This document shows positions 1-9,800 of a stretch of 32,000 nucleotides of DNA, in pieces. The translations under genes and the position numbers were made by a program. The notes beneath the pieces are model-generated. The model had not been told where the DNA came from and made no database searches. It saw nothing but the letters and a program-made list of their open reading frames with translations. This DNA comes from Candidatus Harpocratesius repetitus. Lineage in GTDB: Archaea; Asgardarchaeota; Lokiarchaeia; Sigyniarchaeales; Promethearchaeaceae. Where the stretch lies: NCBI GenBank assembly GCA_021498095.1, contig JAIZWK010000001.1, positions 1,530,001 through 1,562,000 on the forward strand, given 5' to 3'. The number at the start of each line of letters is the position of its first letter. The first letter of the stretch is position 1.

Positions 1-828
1 AAAAATCTAGCATCTGATATACTTTCGATTCATATCATCCAAGAATGGTTTGATGAATATTATCAACATTTCCTTAATGGTAGCCCTCTAAATGCGGATG
101 ATCTTGATGCTATTCAACTCAAATATGCCCATTCTTATCGGGTGATGAATGAAATGGAAATAATTGCAACATCTTTAGCCAAATCAAATCGAATTAATTC
201 TAATGATCTTGAGCAGGCTAAGATAATTGGATTATTGCATGATGTGGCGCGTTTTTCTCAATACATCAAATATCATACTATGAATGATTCGCTTTCTGAA
301 GATCACGGAGATTTAGGTGCAAACATCATTGAATTTGAGTCTCCTGTGAAAAATTATCCAGAATCCATTCAAAGAGAAATATGCATTGCTGTGAAATATC
401 ACAACAAAATTTCTATTCCCTCGGATTTACATGATAGAGAACTATTTTTTACAAAAATGATTCGAGACGCGGATAAATTAGATGTCTTTCACTTAGCATG
501 TCCTATTTATCGTGATTATCCCCAAGAATTGGGTGAAAGACTGAAATTACATTTACCTTCAACAGGTCAACCATCTTCTACTGTTGTCTCATCATTCTTA
601 CAGCAAATTCCTATTCCATTTTCGGCGATACGGTCGATGACGGATTTTAAAATCCTGCAATTAGCTTGGGTGTTTGATTTTAATTTTGCTGTTTCATTAA
701 AAATGTGCCAAGAAAGAAAGTATTTGGAGATGATTTATGCAACTTTACCAGAATTTTCAGAAAAAAAGGCAATATGGGAACAGATTCAAGAATATATTGC
801 CAACTTTCAAGAAAACTCTCGTCGCTAA
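1..828 (+). CDS. HD-domain metal-dependent phosphohydrolase (5'-truncated by the window edge)
   Basis: The frame of ORF 142..828 is open back to base 1 (KNLASDILSIHIIQEWFDEYYQHF...IQLKYAHSYRV). This supplies the first HD-family His motif (LKxxHxxRV). It is followed by GLLHDVARF, DHG, YHNK and IRDADKLD. The true start lies upstream of the window. Confidence 0.85.
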   Translation, partial: KNLASDILSIHIIQEWFDEYYQHFLNGSPLNADDLDAIQLKYAHSYRVMNEMEIIATSLAKSNRINSNDLEQAKIIGLLHDVARFSQYIKYHTMNDSLSEDHGDLGANIIEFESPVKNYPESIQREICIAVKYHNKISIPSDLHDRELFFTKMIRDADKLDVFHLACPIYRDYPQELGERLKLHLPSTGQPSSTVVSSFLQQIPIPFSAIRSMTDFKILQLAWVFDFNFAVSLKMCQERKYLEMIYATLPEFSEKKAIWEQIQEYIANFQENSRR

Positions 829-1022
829 TCCCAATTTTCAAAAGAATATTTTTTTAACTGTTTTAAAATTTCAAGGATTTCATAGATAATTAAATAAAAT
901 GTGTAGTTGTCTTATCTGTTCACTATCGACAAAAATCAAAGATTGACAAATGAAGCAAAAAATCTTTAGGGTGTGCATTTTCAAATATACGGAGTTTTTA
1001 TATTTTCCTAAGGGAGAAAAAG

Positions 1023-1709
1023 GTGGTAAAGAAAAACGATAAGCTTTCATCAATTTTGATAAATAGTCGTAATTATGAAATATTTTTATTAAGTGAGTGG
1101 CACCAGCTGCATAATCATCAAAGAACTGCTCTGGAAGTGCGTTTTCCAATTAGGGTGTTTGGATCATTTTTGAATGCTGAATCATGGAATTTATCTCGTG
1201 TTCTTCTCGATATTTTTAATTCTCAAGATATACCTGAACTTTCTGAATTGTTTGAATTGTCTAATATACGTATTGCATTCATATTTTTCCCAATTTCCAC
1301 AAATTCTTCCATAAATCTTCAATTCAAGTATAGATTACAAAAATTTTTGGAACTACCTGTTTCTCAAAAATCTGTGCTTTTTCTCTCGCAAATTGACCAA
1401 AATATTGCACTAGCATCTCGTATTGTTTCAACAAAATTCAGAGAAATCGAATGGAAGAGATATAAGTTATCAAATTCAATAAAAAAATACCAGAATTTCT
1501 TTAATCATAATCGTCGTTTTATTCATTGGGAAAATCGTTTACTTTTCGGAGCGTTAGCGGCTAGATATTTAGATGTTATTAAAATTTTTCCCCAACTTTG
1601 GATAGGATCTCGATATTATAGTGGTATCCCGCTTCATGTAGATATTGGAGAATTTGTTTTGAAGTATGTCAAAAATGATCCAAACATCATGAAAAATCAG
1701 AAAACATAA
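1023..1709 (+). CDS. hypothetical protein
   Basis: 228-codon ORF with a GTG start, GGGAG just upstream, filling the space before the tRNA. No motif recognised and the start is uncertain. Confidence 0.55.
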   Translation: MVKKNDKLSSILINSRNYEIFLLSEWHQLHNHQRTALEVRFPIRVFGSFLNAESWNLSRVLLDIFNSQDIPELSELFELSNIRIAFIFFPISTNSSINLQFKYRLQKFLELPVSQKSVLFLSQIDQNIALASRIVSTKFREIEWKRYKLSNSIKKYQNFFNHNRRFIHWENRLLFGALAARYLDVIKIFPQLWIGSRYYSGIPLHVDIGEFVLKYVKNDPNIMKNQKT

Positions 1710-1717
1710 AAGAATTA

Positions 1718-1807
1718 AGCCAGTGAAGGGGATTGAACCCTTGGCCTGCTGATTACAAGTCAGCCGCTTTAGCTACCAAAAGGCAATAGCCACTAAGCCA
1801 CACTGGC
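1718..1807 (-). tRNA. tRNA-Thr(UGU) with a 15-17 nt insert (probable non-canonical intron) in the D-loop
   Basis: Reverse complement reads GCCAGTG TG GCTT AGTGGCTA[TTGCCTTTTGGTAGCTA]AAGC G GCTGA CT-TGT-AA TCAGC AGGCC AAGGG TTCAATC CCCTT CACTGGC T. Acceptor (7 bp), D (GCTT/AAGC), anticodon (5 bp) and T (5 bp) stems all pair. Discriminator is U; no encoded CCA. Confidence 0.93.
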
Positions 1808-1986
1808 ATGCTTAAAATAAATTAGCTAAAATCAAGAATTCATAACATGCCCAACCATTAAAAATTTTCGATATGAATGCTGAATGTGAAAGCGAAATGC
1901 AATAAGATGCCGGTCTTTTTAAAAGCAGAATGTTGATCAGTATAAAGCTTGAACTTATAAGAAAAGAATGAAATGAATTACTTAAG

Positions 1987-4209
1987 ATGATATGGTGGAA
2001 TGAAAGAAATATTAATAGAATAACTGCTGAAAATCGAAAAAAATTAGTGTTTGTCTCTGGATTCGTCTTCTTTTTAATTTTTATGAGTTATATTGCCACT
2101 GTATCAACTGATTCAAATAAAATAATGGAATTTGAAACACCTCAAAGTATTTATAGTGCTTCTTCTCCAATTTCTGCTTCCGAGTTAATTGCCAGTATAA
2201 ATCAATCGACTAATCCATGGGAAACGGTGGATTATGATATGGTTTTTGTCATTCCTCCAGAGCATCCTGAATTTTTACCCATAGTGCAGGAATTTGCGGA
2301 TTGGAAAGCGACTTTAGGATATCATGTATTAATTCTAGATAATTATACTTCTTATCTTGGTCGTGATACTCCAGAGAAGCTTCGTAATGCACTAATTTCA
2401 TTAGCTCAACAGTATTCAATTAAATGGTTGTTGTTGATGGGAGATACAGAGTTGATTCCCATTCGGTATATTTACAATCCTGATGGAATTATAGTTAATG
2501 ATCACGAAGCTGTGGGAAATGCCTATTTAAAACCCACAGATTTTTATTATGCAGATTTAACTGGTGATTGGAATATTGACGGAGATCAATACTGGGGAGA
2601 AGATGGGATACATAATGATTACAATGGTTTACCTGAAGTTGATTATTTTCCTGAATTATATGTTGGGCGATTTCCTGTAGATAATGTCACTGAATTACAA
2701 GATCTTGTTACAAAAACGATGATTTATGAACAATCATTAAATCCTGGAGTTTGGATGCAGAGATATTTGGCAATTTCTGGTATTTCTGATCCCGTCAGTC
2801 AATTTTCAGGAGATAGTGATGGTGAAGATGAAGCAATTTTGAATCAGTATATTTTAGATAATTTTGTTCAGGATCAAATGGATTGGCGCCATTTAGAAGA
2901 GCATACTTCAGCTTATACACCACCCAATGATAGTCGAATTGAACCATTATCAAAAGCAGCAGTGCTTGATGCAGTTAATCAAGGTCAATCGATTATTGCA
3001 TATGCTGGACATGGAAGTCCCACTTCATTCTTTTCCGCTTCAGCACTTACTACAAGTGATATACCATATTTGACGAATTTTAATAAAACATCATTTTTAT
3101 ATGCTGATGCTTGTTCTACAAATGCTTTTGATTTTGATTCGCCATTATCCTTAGGAGAAGCTTTTATTAAAGCACCATCAGCTGGTGGGATCGGATATGT
3201 TGGATCTATGCGAATATCATGGTATTATCCTAACGATACAGCATTAGCACAAGATAATCGCGGTTTACTAAAGTTATTCATGCAGCAGATGTTTGAAAAA
3301 CATATATATCAGCAAGGTAAAGCATTGTATGAATCGAAAGTGGCATATGTAAACAGCGATTGGTTCCAATTAGTGAATAAAACATCTGATTTTGAGTATT
3401 TTGAAATGGAACGGAAATCATTGTTTTCATACATGCTTTTGGGTGATCCATCTGTAGATATTTACACCGACCTTCCACACCACTTTAGTTCACTTATTGA
3501 AACAAATGCTGTTGAGTCTCCTTATGCTGGAGCGGTGTCTCCTATTACTATTACGGATGAAAATGGAGAACCAGTTCCCTATGGGCGGATAATCCTATTT
3601 CAATCCAATGGAATGTATAAAACTTTTATTGCCGATGAAAATGGCACCGCTCAAGTTATTTTTCCTTTTAATACTTCATCTATAGATTATCGCTTAGTTG
3701 GTCATAACATGCAGATGAAGAATGGAACAATTACATTAAAGGTGGATACGAAAATGCCTAAATTAGCATCAAATCTAAGTACAAATTCCAAGAAGGTTGA
3801 ATATGGGAGATCGACTTCCTTTTTTGTAACTCCATCTGATTCAGAATCAGGTGTCCATGAAGTTTGGATTTTTATCAGTTCTGATAATTTTTCTTCTAAA
3901 TCTTGGCAAAGTTATTTAATGCATCAAAATAAAGCGAATTTAAATGAGTATACATTATCTTTAGTTTTTACAAAGATATCTGTTTACCAAGCGGTGATTA
4001 TTATTGTTGATCGTGTGGGAAATTGTTATTGCTCATATCCTGACCTGATTTTTAATATATCTGTGGAGAAACCTGTAATTTGGCAGTTGCTTGAAATATT
4101 AACATATGGAGGATTGTCTATTCCTATAATATTAGGTGTTATAGTATGGTTTAAATTGCATAAAAAACAACCATCTAGTTTGAATGATATCGTTATTTTA
4201 AAATCTTGA
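1987..4209 (+). CDS. Peptidase C25 (gingipain-like) cysteine peptidase, membrane-anchored
   Basis: WLLLMGD, PTDFYYADL-GDWNxDGD, ELYVGRFPV, catalytic His in YAGHGS (about 3001-3018), catalytic Cys in ADACST (Cys at 3112-3114) and LLGDP. There is an N-terminal hydrophobic segment and a C-terminal TM helix followed by KLHKK. Confidence 0.88.
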   Translation: MIWWNERNINRITAENRKKLVFVSGFVFFLIFMSYIATVSTDSNKIMEFETPQSIYSASSPISASELIASINQSTNPWETVDYDMVFVIPPEHPEFLPIVQEFADWKATLGYHVLILDNYTSYLGRDTPEKLRNALISLAQQYSIKWLLLMGDTELIPIRYIYNPDGIIVNDHEAVGNAYLKPTDFYYADLTGDWNIDGDQYWGEDGIHNDYNGLPEVDYFPELYVGRFPVDNVTELQDLVTKTMIYEQSLNPGVWMQRYLAISGISDPVSQFSGDSDGEDEAILNQYILDNFVQDQMDWRHLEEHTSAYTPPNDSRIEPLSKAAVLDAVNQGQSIIAYAGHGSPTSFFSASALTTSDIPYLTNFNKTSFLYADACSTNAFDFDSPLSLGEAFIKAPSAGGIGYVGSMRISWYYPNDTALAQDNRGLLKLFMQQMFEKHIYQQGKALYESKVAYVNSDWFQLVNKTSDFEYFEMERKSLFSYMLLGDPSVDIYTDLPHHFSSLIETNAVESPYAGAVSPITITDENGEPVPYGRIILFQSNGMYKTFIADENGTAQVIFPFNTSSIDYRLVGHNMQMKNGTITLKVDTKMPKLASNLSTNSKKVEYGRSTSFFVTPSDSESGVHEVWIFISSDNFSSKSWQSYLMHQNKANLNEYTLSLVFTKISVYQAVIIIVDRVGNCYCSYPDLIFNISVEKPVIWQLLEILTYGGLSIPIILGVIVWFKLHKKQPSSLNDIVILKS

Positions 4210-4213
4210 TTGA

Positions 4214-4249
4214 TTATTGATAGATTAATTGATAGATTGGTTGATTTAG
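4214..4249. repeat. three imperfect 12-bp tandem units (TTATTGATAGAT / TAATTGATAGAT / TGGTTGATTTAG)
   Basis: Read directly, immediately after the C25 peptidase stop codon. Confidence 0.5.
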
Positions 4250-4359
4250 ATCTCTTTTACTCTTAATCTCTTTGATTTAATTTCAACATTCTTATCTTAA
4301 TCACTAATGTAGATAAAAAGAATAAAGTAGAGTAACACATATTAATTTATTATATACTT

Positions 4360-4364
4360 GAGGT
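4360..4364 (+). promoter_or_regulatory. Shine-Dalgarno-like GAGGT supporting the TTG start at 4372
   Basis: GAGGT lies 7 nt before the TTG, with an AT-rich TTTATTATATA just upstream. Confidence 0.5.
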
Positions 4365-4371
4365 AAATACA

Positions 4372-4908
4372 TTGAATATCAAGAAATCTATTGTTGATTA
4401 TCTTCTTTATGCAGTTGTAGTAGGACTTAGTCTTTATTTATATCTTCTGGTAAGTAATTTTTGGGGTATTTTTACCGTCTTTGCGGGAATTATCCTAATA
4501 TTAGTTTATTTATTATTTACAACGCCTGGGATGCTAGTTAAAATAAAATATAGACGAATAATTCAATTATTAAAAACACAACTTTCAATTACTGAATCAG
4601 AAATTCAAAACAAAATAACCATTGATAAGCTGAAACTTCATAAAGCCTTATATGAGATAGCAAAAGCATGGATGATTTCTCCCCTAGTTTTGTTAATTAA
4701 AAAGCAATATCTTTATGTTTCAGAGAAGGTAATGGATGAAATAGTTTCTATAGTCGAGGAATATAGGAATAATCTTCAACAACAATCAAAATCATCCAGT
4801 AAAATTATGCGTTCTCAGTTAATCTCCGAATTATCGCAGCAATATACTTTCATGACTCGACTGCAGATTGAGACCATAATTTCTCATTTAATTCGACAAT
4901 TGGAATAA
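4372..4908 (+). CDS. membrane protein (two N-terminal TM helices, cytoplasmic helical/possible winged-helix domain)
   Basis: Hydrophobic residues about 9-55, then KIKYRR and a soluble helical region. SD-supported TTG start. Confidence 0.7.
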   Translation: MNIKKSIVDYLLYAVVVGLSLYLYLLVSNFWGIFTVFAGIILILVYLLFTTPGMLVKIKYRRIIQLLKTQLSITESEIQNKITIDKLKLHKALYEIAKAWMISPLVLLIKKQYLYVSEKVMDEIVSIVEEYRNNLQQQSKSSSKIMRSQLISELSQQYTFMTRLQIETIISHLIRQLE

Positions 4909-5041
4909 AGAGAATTAGCTATAATTAGCTAAGAATTAAAAGGGTAATTTTTAAAAAGATTTTATTATAAAATTATGTATTTTTGCTCGCAATATTCATT
5001 AATATTCTTAATATTTAATTTAAAAAAAGAAAATAGAACAT

Positions 5042-6814
5042 TTAATAGAATGATCGCTTAAGAACTGGGATTTTTCTGCCTGATCCGAATGTCTTTTTAT
5101 TTATTTTAATTGTTTGTGCAAGTTGGGCGCGTTTAAATTCTGCTCGGGTGTACATCTCTTCAATTCGGCGAACCAATTCAGGATCTTTTCCCATTGCAAT
5201 TATTTCACGCGGGGAATATCCTTCATCTATTCGAAGTTGCAAAATTTCATCTAATAGAGGATAGGGTGGTAAATTATCTTCATCTTTTTGGTTTTCTTTC
5301 AGCTCTGCAGATGGTGGTTTTGTGATTATCGCTGATGGAATTATTTCTTCTTCACGATTAATCCAACTTACAACTTTGTACAATTGAGTTTTGTACAAGT
5401 CTCCTGGCACATTCTTTCCTCCATTTGTATCACCATATAATGTGCAGTATCCTGTAGCGATTTCTGATTTGTTTCCAGTAGATACTAATAGTGCTTGATA
5501 TTTATTTGCATAGTACATTAAAAAGAGTCCTCTCAGTCGTGATTGAAGATTTTGATCAGCTAAGTCTTCATAATATTCAGTTCCAGGAATTTCTAATATT
5601 TCATCAAATTGTTTGCGAAGAAAAGCGTGTGAATCTGTAATTGGGAGAATATAATATTTGATTCCAAGATTTTGACATAACAAAATAGAATCATCAATCG
5701 AACCTGAAGAAGAATATTTCGATGGCATCAGTAGTGCTGTCACCCGCTCTGATCCTATCGCTTTAGATGCTATATAGGCTGTAAAAGCTGAATCTATTCC
5801 ACCACTAAGTCCAACCACAATCTGAGAAAATACACCAGTCTTTACAAAATAATCTCGTAAATTTAATGTTAAAGCACTACAAATTTCTTCTTCTATTGAA
5901 AATAAATCTGAAATTGCATTTTCAGGTATAAGATCTGAGTTAAGATCTGGAAGAAGTAGATCGTTTAAAGTATTTTTATTAATAGAATTTAACAAAGAAC
6001 GATGTTTGGGTAATTTTGATGCTGGAATATATGAAAAATCTTCTGTTTGAAGATTATAATCTAAAACCATTAAAGACTCCCGACAAAAAGGAGCACGAAG
6101 AATGATTTCACCATTAGAATTGCAAACAAAGGATCTTCCGTCGAATACAAGTTCATCTTGACCTCCAACGGCGTTTAAATAAATGATTGGGATCTTATGT
6201 TTTGCTGCCTTTTCATTAATCAAAGTTTCCCTTGTTTTCTGTTTCTGAATATGATATGGTGATCCATTTATTGAAACGATGAAATTTGCTCCATTTTGAA
6301 CCAATTTCGAAGCCACATCAAGTTGATAGTCATGATCCCATAAATCTTCGCATATTGCGATACCTATATTTAATTTGTGTAGAGTTATTGGAGTAAAATC
6401 TGTACCTGACCAAAAGTAGCGCTTTTCATCGAAAACATCATAAGTAGGTGTAAGACGTTTTGCGATAGATGATTGAATTTTACCATCCGCTAAGATGTAT
6501 GCATTATTTTGATATCTTGGATGATGATTAGGGTTTTTTTCCTGTCCAAATCCACCAAGAATAATTGTAAGATCAGGAAAATTTTGAGCAATATTTGTCA
6601 GACTTTTTAATTCTGATTCTAAAAAATCCCGATCAAAAATTAAATCTTTAATTGGATAACCGGATATCGCCATTTCTGGAAAAATTATGATATCTACATG
6701 AGATTTCTGTGCATAATCACAAACAGAATTTATTTTCTCTTCATTTCCCTTTAAATCTCCCACATTAAAATTCAATTGTGCTAAAAGAAAGCGACAGGAT
6801 AAACCAGCAGTCAT
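5042..6814 (-). CDS. nadE: glutamine-dependent NAD+ synthetase (nitrilase-like glutaminase + synthetase domains)
   Basis: Glutaminase E-K-C triad (IFPEMAISGY; AKRLTPTYDVFDEKRYF; ICEDLW). Synthetase motifs GLSGGIDS, QNLQSRLRG, STGNKSE, GYCTLYGD, KPPSAEL and AEFKR. Confidence 0.95.
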   Translation of the reverse strand: MTAGLSCRFLLAQLNFNVGDLKGNEEKINSVCDYAQKSHVDIIIFPEMAISGYPIKDLIFDRDFLESELKSLTNIAQNFPDLTIILGGFGQEKNPNHHPRYQNNAYILADGKIQSSIAKRLTPTYDVFDEKRYFWSGTDFTPITLHKLNIGIAICEDLWDHDYQLDVASKLVQNGANFIVSINGSPYHIQKQKTRETLINEKAAKHKIPIIYLNAVGGQDELVFDGRSFVCNSNGEIILRAPFCRESLMVLDYNLQTEDFSYIPASKLPKHRSLLNSINKNTLNDLLLPDLNSDLIPENAISDLFSIEEEICSALTLNLRDYFVKTGVFSQIVVGLSGGIDSAFTAYIASKAIGSERVTALLMPSKYSSSGSIDDSILLCQNLGIKYYILPITDSHAFLRKQFDEILEIPGTEYYEDLADQNLQSRLRGLFLMYYANKYQALLVSTGNKSEIATGYCTLYGDTNGGKNVPGDLYKTQLYKVVSWINREEEIIPSAIITKPPSAELKENQKDEDNLPPYPLLDEILQLRIDEGYSPREIIAMGKDPELVRRIEEMYTRAEFKRAQLAQTIKINKKTFGSGRKIPVLKRSFY

Positions 6815-6834
6815 AGATAGTAAAATGAAAAAAA

Positions 6835-9800
6835 TCAGAAAAAACTTTCGAGTTTCTTTATTCCTTGGATTTCTTCATAGTTAATTCCTAAAGGATCAAG
6901 AATTTGTTCAAAAGTGCTTCTGACGAGATCTTTATATTTTGAGATATCTAAATCTTCAATACTTGCTTGGCTTAATGGTTTTACTCCTTCTGAACTGCGA
7001 GTTTTTACATAACTGATAAAACTACCGCGTCCAAGGTTTGCTTGCTCTTTTCCAGTCATCATCTTTGCTGCTTTGACATGTTGCGGGGAAGTTTTTGTAT
7101 AAGTATCGACTTCACGTCTTAAAACTACAGTAATAGCATAATCTTCAATATGAAATCCCCCTTTTTCAGGAGGTTTACCAATCGATTTAAGAGTAGATCG
7201 AACAATTTGAATTATTTTCTTACGTTTTTGCTGAAATGTTTTAAGATCCGTTATGGTAACTAATTCATCTTGCACCTCTTTAAAGCGTTTTTTAATAAAT
7301 TCTGGAGTATTATATTTTTTTACCATTAATCCTTTAATATCTACTTTCTTTCCTCCCGTGCGAACTCCAATATAATTTTTCTTTCGTTCTGATAAAGCCA
7401 AAAATTGATATGTTTTTTCTAGTTCAAGATCAAGATCTAAATCTTTTTTAGACCATTTAATTAAATTCTTAACTTGATCTGAAGAAGGATTTAAGAGAAA
7501 AACCGAATCTGTATCTCCATATAAAACTTTTACTCCCATACTTTCAGATTTTTTGATGGTTTCATGGATCGAATATCGTCCTAAAGCGGTTGTTGCTTCA
7601 GCAACTGGTCGAAAATAGAGATTAAACATGGGGCTACCAAAGACACCATATGCACCATTGATAAATACCTTTAATGCACTCGCCATAACCATCGCGGTTT
7701 GTCGTTCTTTTTGGGAAACTGTTTTATCATTAGAAAGTGGCTTAAAATAATTAACTCGCACGTCCCTTAGATATCCGACCACTGAAGCAAAAATCCCCAT
7801 CTTCTTGGTGCAAATCCAATAACCAATTTCTGGTAATCGGTTGTTTTTGCATTCTGGATGAAGACAATTGATAGTTTCATATGAAAGATTACGAGTCTTA
7901 ATTGTAGTGGGATATAGACTGGAAAAATCTAAAACTGCCACTTGAAAATGAATTCCAGGTATTGGATCAATAACATAGGCTCCCTGAAATTTCTCTGTGT
8001 TTGTTCTATCAAAACCACCTCTTTCTTCTAATTCTGACATTCTGGGGACTAAACAGTTCAATCTACGATGTTCAGCGAGTAACAATGATTTAATCCAAGC
8101 AGATATCTGTAATCTGAACAAATCTTGCATTGGTAATCGAGTAATTCGCATTAAAACTACTAATAAATTCCACATTAAATTATTGTTAAAAGTTGTCAAT
8201 TCTAAAGTAAGTATGGAATCCATTAAATTATAATGAATTAAATTTGCTAAGTTCATATCTCCTATTAGAATCCCTTCGTGTTTGACTTTTCCTTCGCCCA
8301 ATAAGCTGCTGGCGATATCTTCCAAAGAGTTTTTTAAATACGCTCCACCGAAAGCATAGCCTTTAATACTTCTGTTTGCGAAGAATTGGAATATATCCAA
8401 ATGAATCCCTTGTTTATAGTCAGTATTTCTTGTAACCATTCCACCTCCACGAGATGTTAAAATGGGGTTAAGCGTTTCGTCAATTTTAAGTTTTCTGGCT
8501 CTGTGGTAAAGATAGGAATTATCAAAATTATCACCATTAAAGGTAATTATAATTGGATACTGCCAAATTTTCCGAAAGGTTTCCAGAATTAAATCTCTTT
8601 CTGATTGGTAAAAAATCACTTTTGTTTCTTCAGGGAAATTTTCATTATATGCTCCATCTGTTAAATCTTCGCGATTCAAGCAATAAACCTCTTTAATTCC
8701 ATCTGTATCAGCAAACGATACGCTGATTACTTTATATTTCGCTAGTGTAGGGTCAGGTAATCTTCCATCTTCAGATTCTTCTACTTCAATATCATAAGCC
8801 ATCCGTTTCAGTGATGGAACAGAAGAAGAAAAAACTGGATGATAGACTTTTGCCATAGATTGAATTTCTGGGGCTTCTTGCTTAAACACATTGTGTAATT
8901 TTGCATCTAAAGAAGGATCTAATTGAGGATCAAGAGGAATAATGATTCCATCTTTCATTTTATAAAGCATACCCGGAATAAGTTCTCTATCATAAATAAA
9001 ATTATGATGATAACGAATATTTGCTTCCCAAGCTCCTTCAAGGAGTGCTTTAATTCCTTGTGTTCCACCAATATCTGTAGGTGTTTTTCCATATATTTTC
9101 GTTATTTCAATTTCTCTATCATCTAAAAGATCAAATTTCTTGACTGTTTCCATTCCGTCATATCCTGCAAAGGATATTAATTGTTGATTTTGTTCTAAAC
9201 TCGAACGTGAATCTTTGTGATAACAATACGGCCGGTGATTTGTTGTATCAATCCAAATTTTAATCGAATCATCGCTGAAATCATAGAACTTAGCAAAAGC
9301 TTTATTAAGTTGACCATCATACTCTACTGTTAAAAGCATTCCTTTCTCGAAATTTGACACAATTTGATTTTCTTGCTGTAAAATTCTAAGGTGATAAGAC
9401 TTTTGACTTTCATTAGGATTGCGAGGATATTTATCTCTGTAGAGATAATCTCCAAAATCAATTGATTTCTTAGTATAAAAAACTTTACCTAGTTTTCTTT
9501 TGTTTTCAGATGATATTTTATCTTTTTTTTGTTTTTCCTTTTTTTTATGTATTTCCTGCTGCTCTCTTATTGGTTTAATAACTTCTTTAAATTCTTTCAT
9601 TGTTGCTTTAATCATAATTGGGTTTTTTTCTTTAACTTCCTGATTCACAATTATTTTCTTCTTTTTCTCCTTTGATTCTCTTATTGGTATTGATTCAGGC
9701 GTTATTTTATGCGTTGATTTTTTTAATGTTTTATTTATTGGTTTTTTAGATGATTTAGAAGGTAATTTTGATGGTTCTTTCTCTTTAATCTCCTTTTTAA

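Noticed and set aside
1709-1807. tRNA 3' end as an integration site of an island
   Set aside because: No integrase and no duplicated tRNA 3' fragment within the window.
4207-4266. UGA read-through/selenoprotein or SECIS (Lokiarchaeota use 3'-UTR SECIS), here and for the 138-bp repeat
   Set aside because: No catalytic-position UGA in any ORF; the post-UGA frames are short and low-complexity; no AUGA/GA kink-turn stem was recognised.
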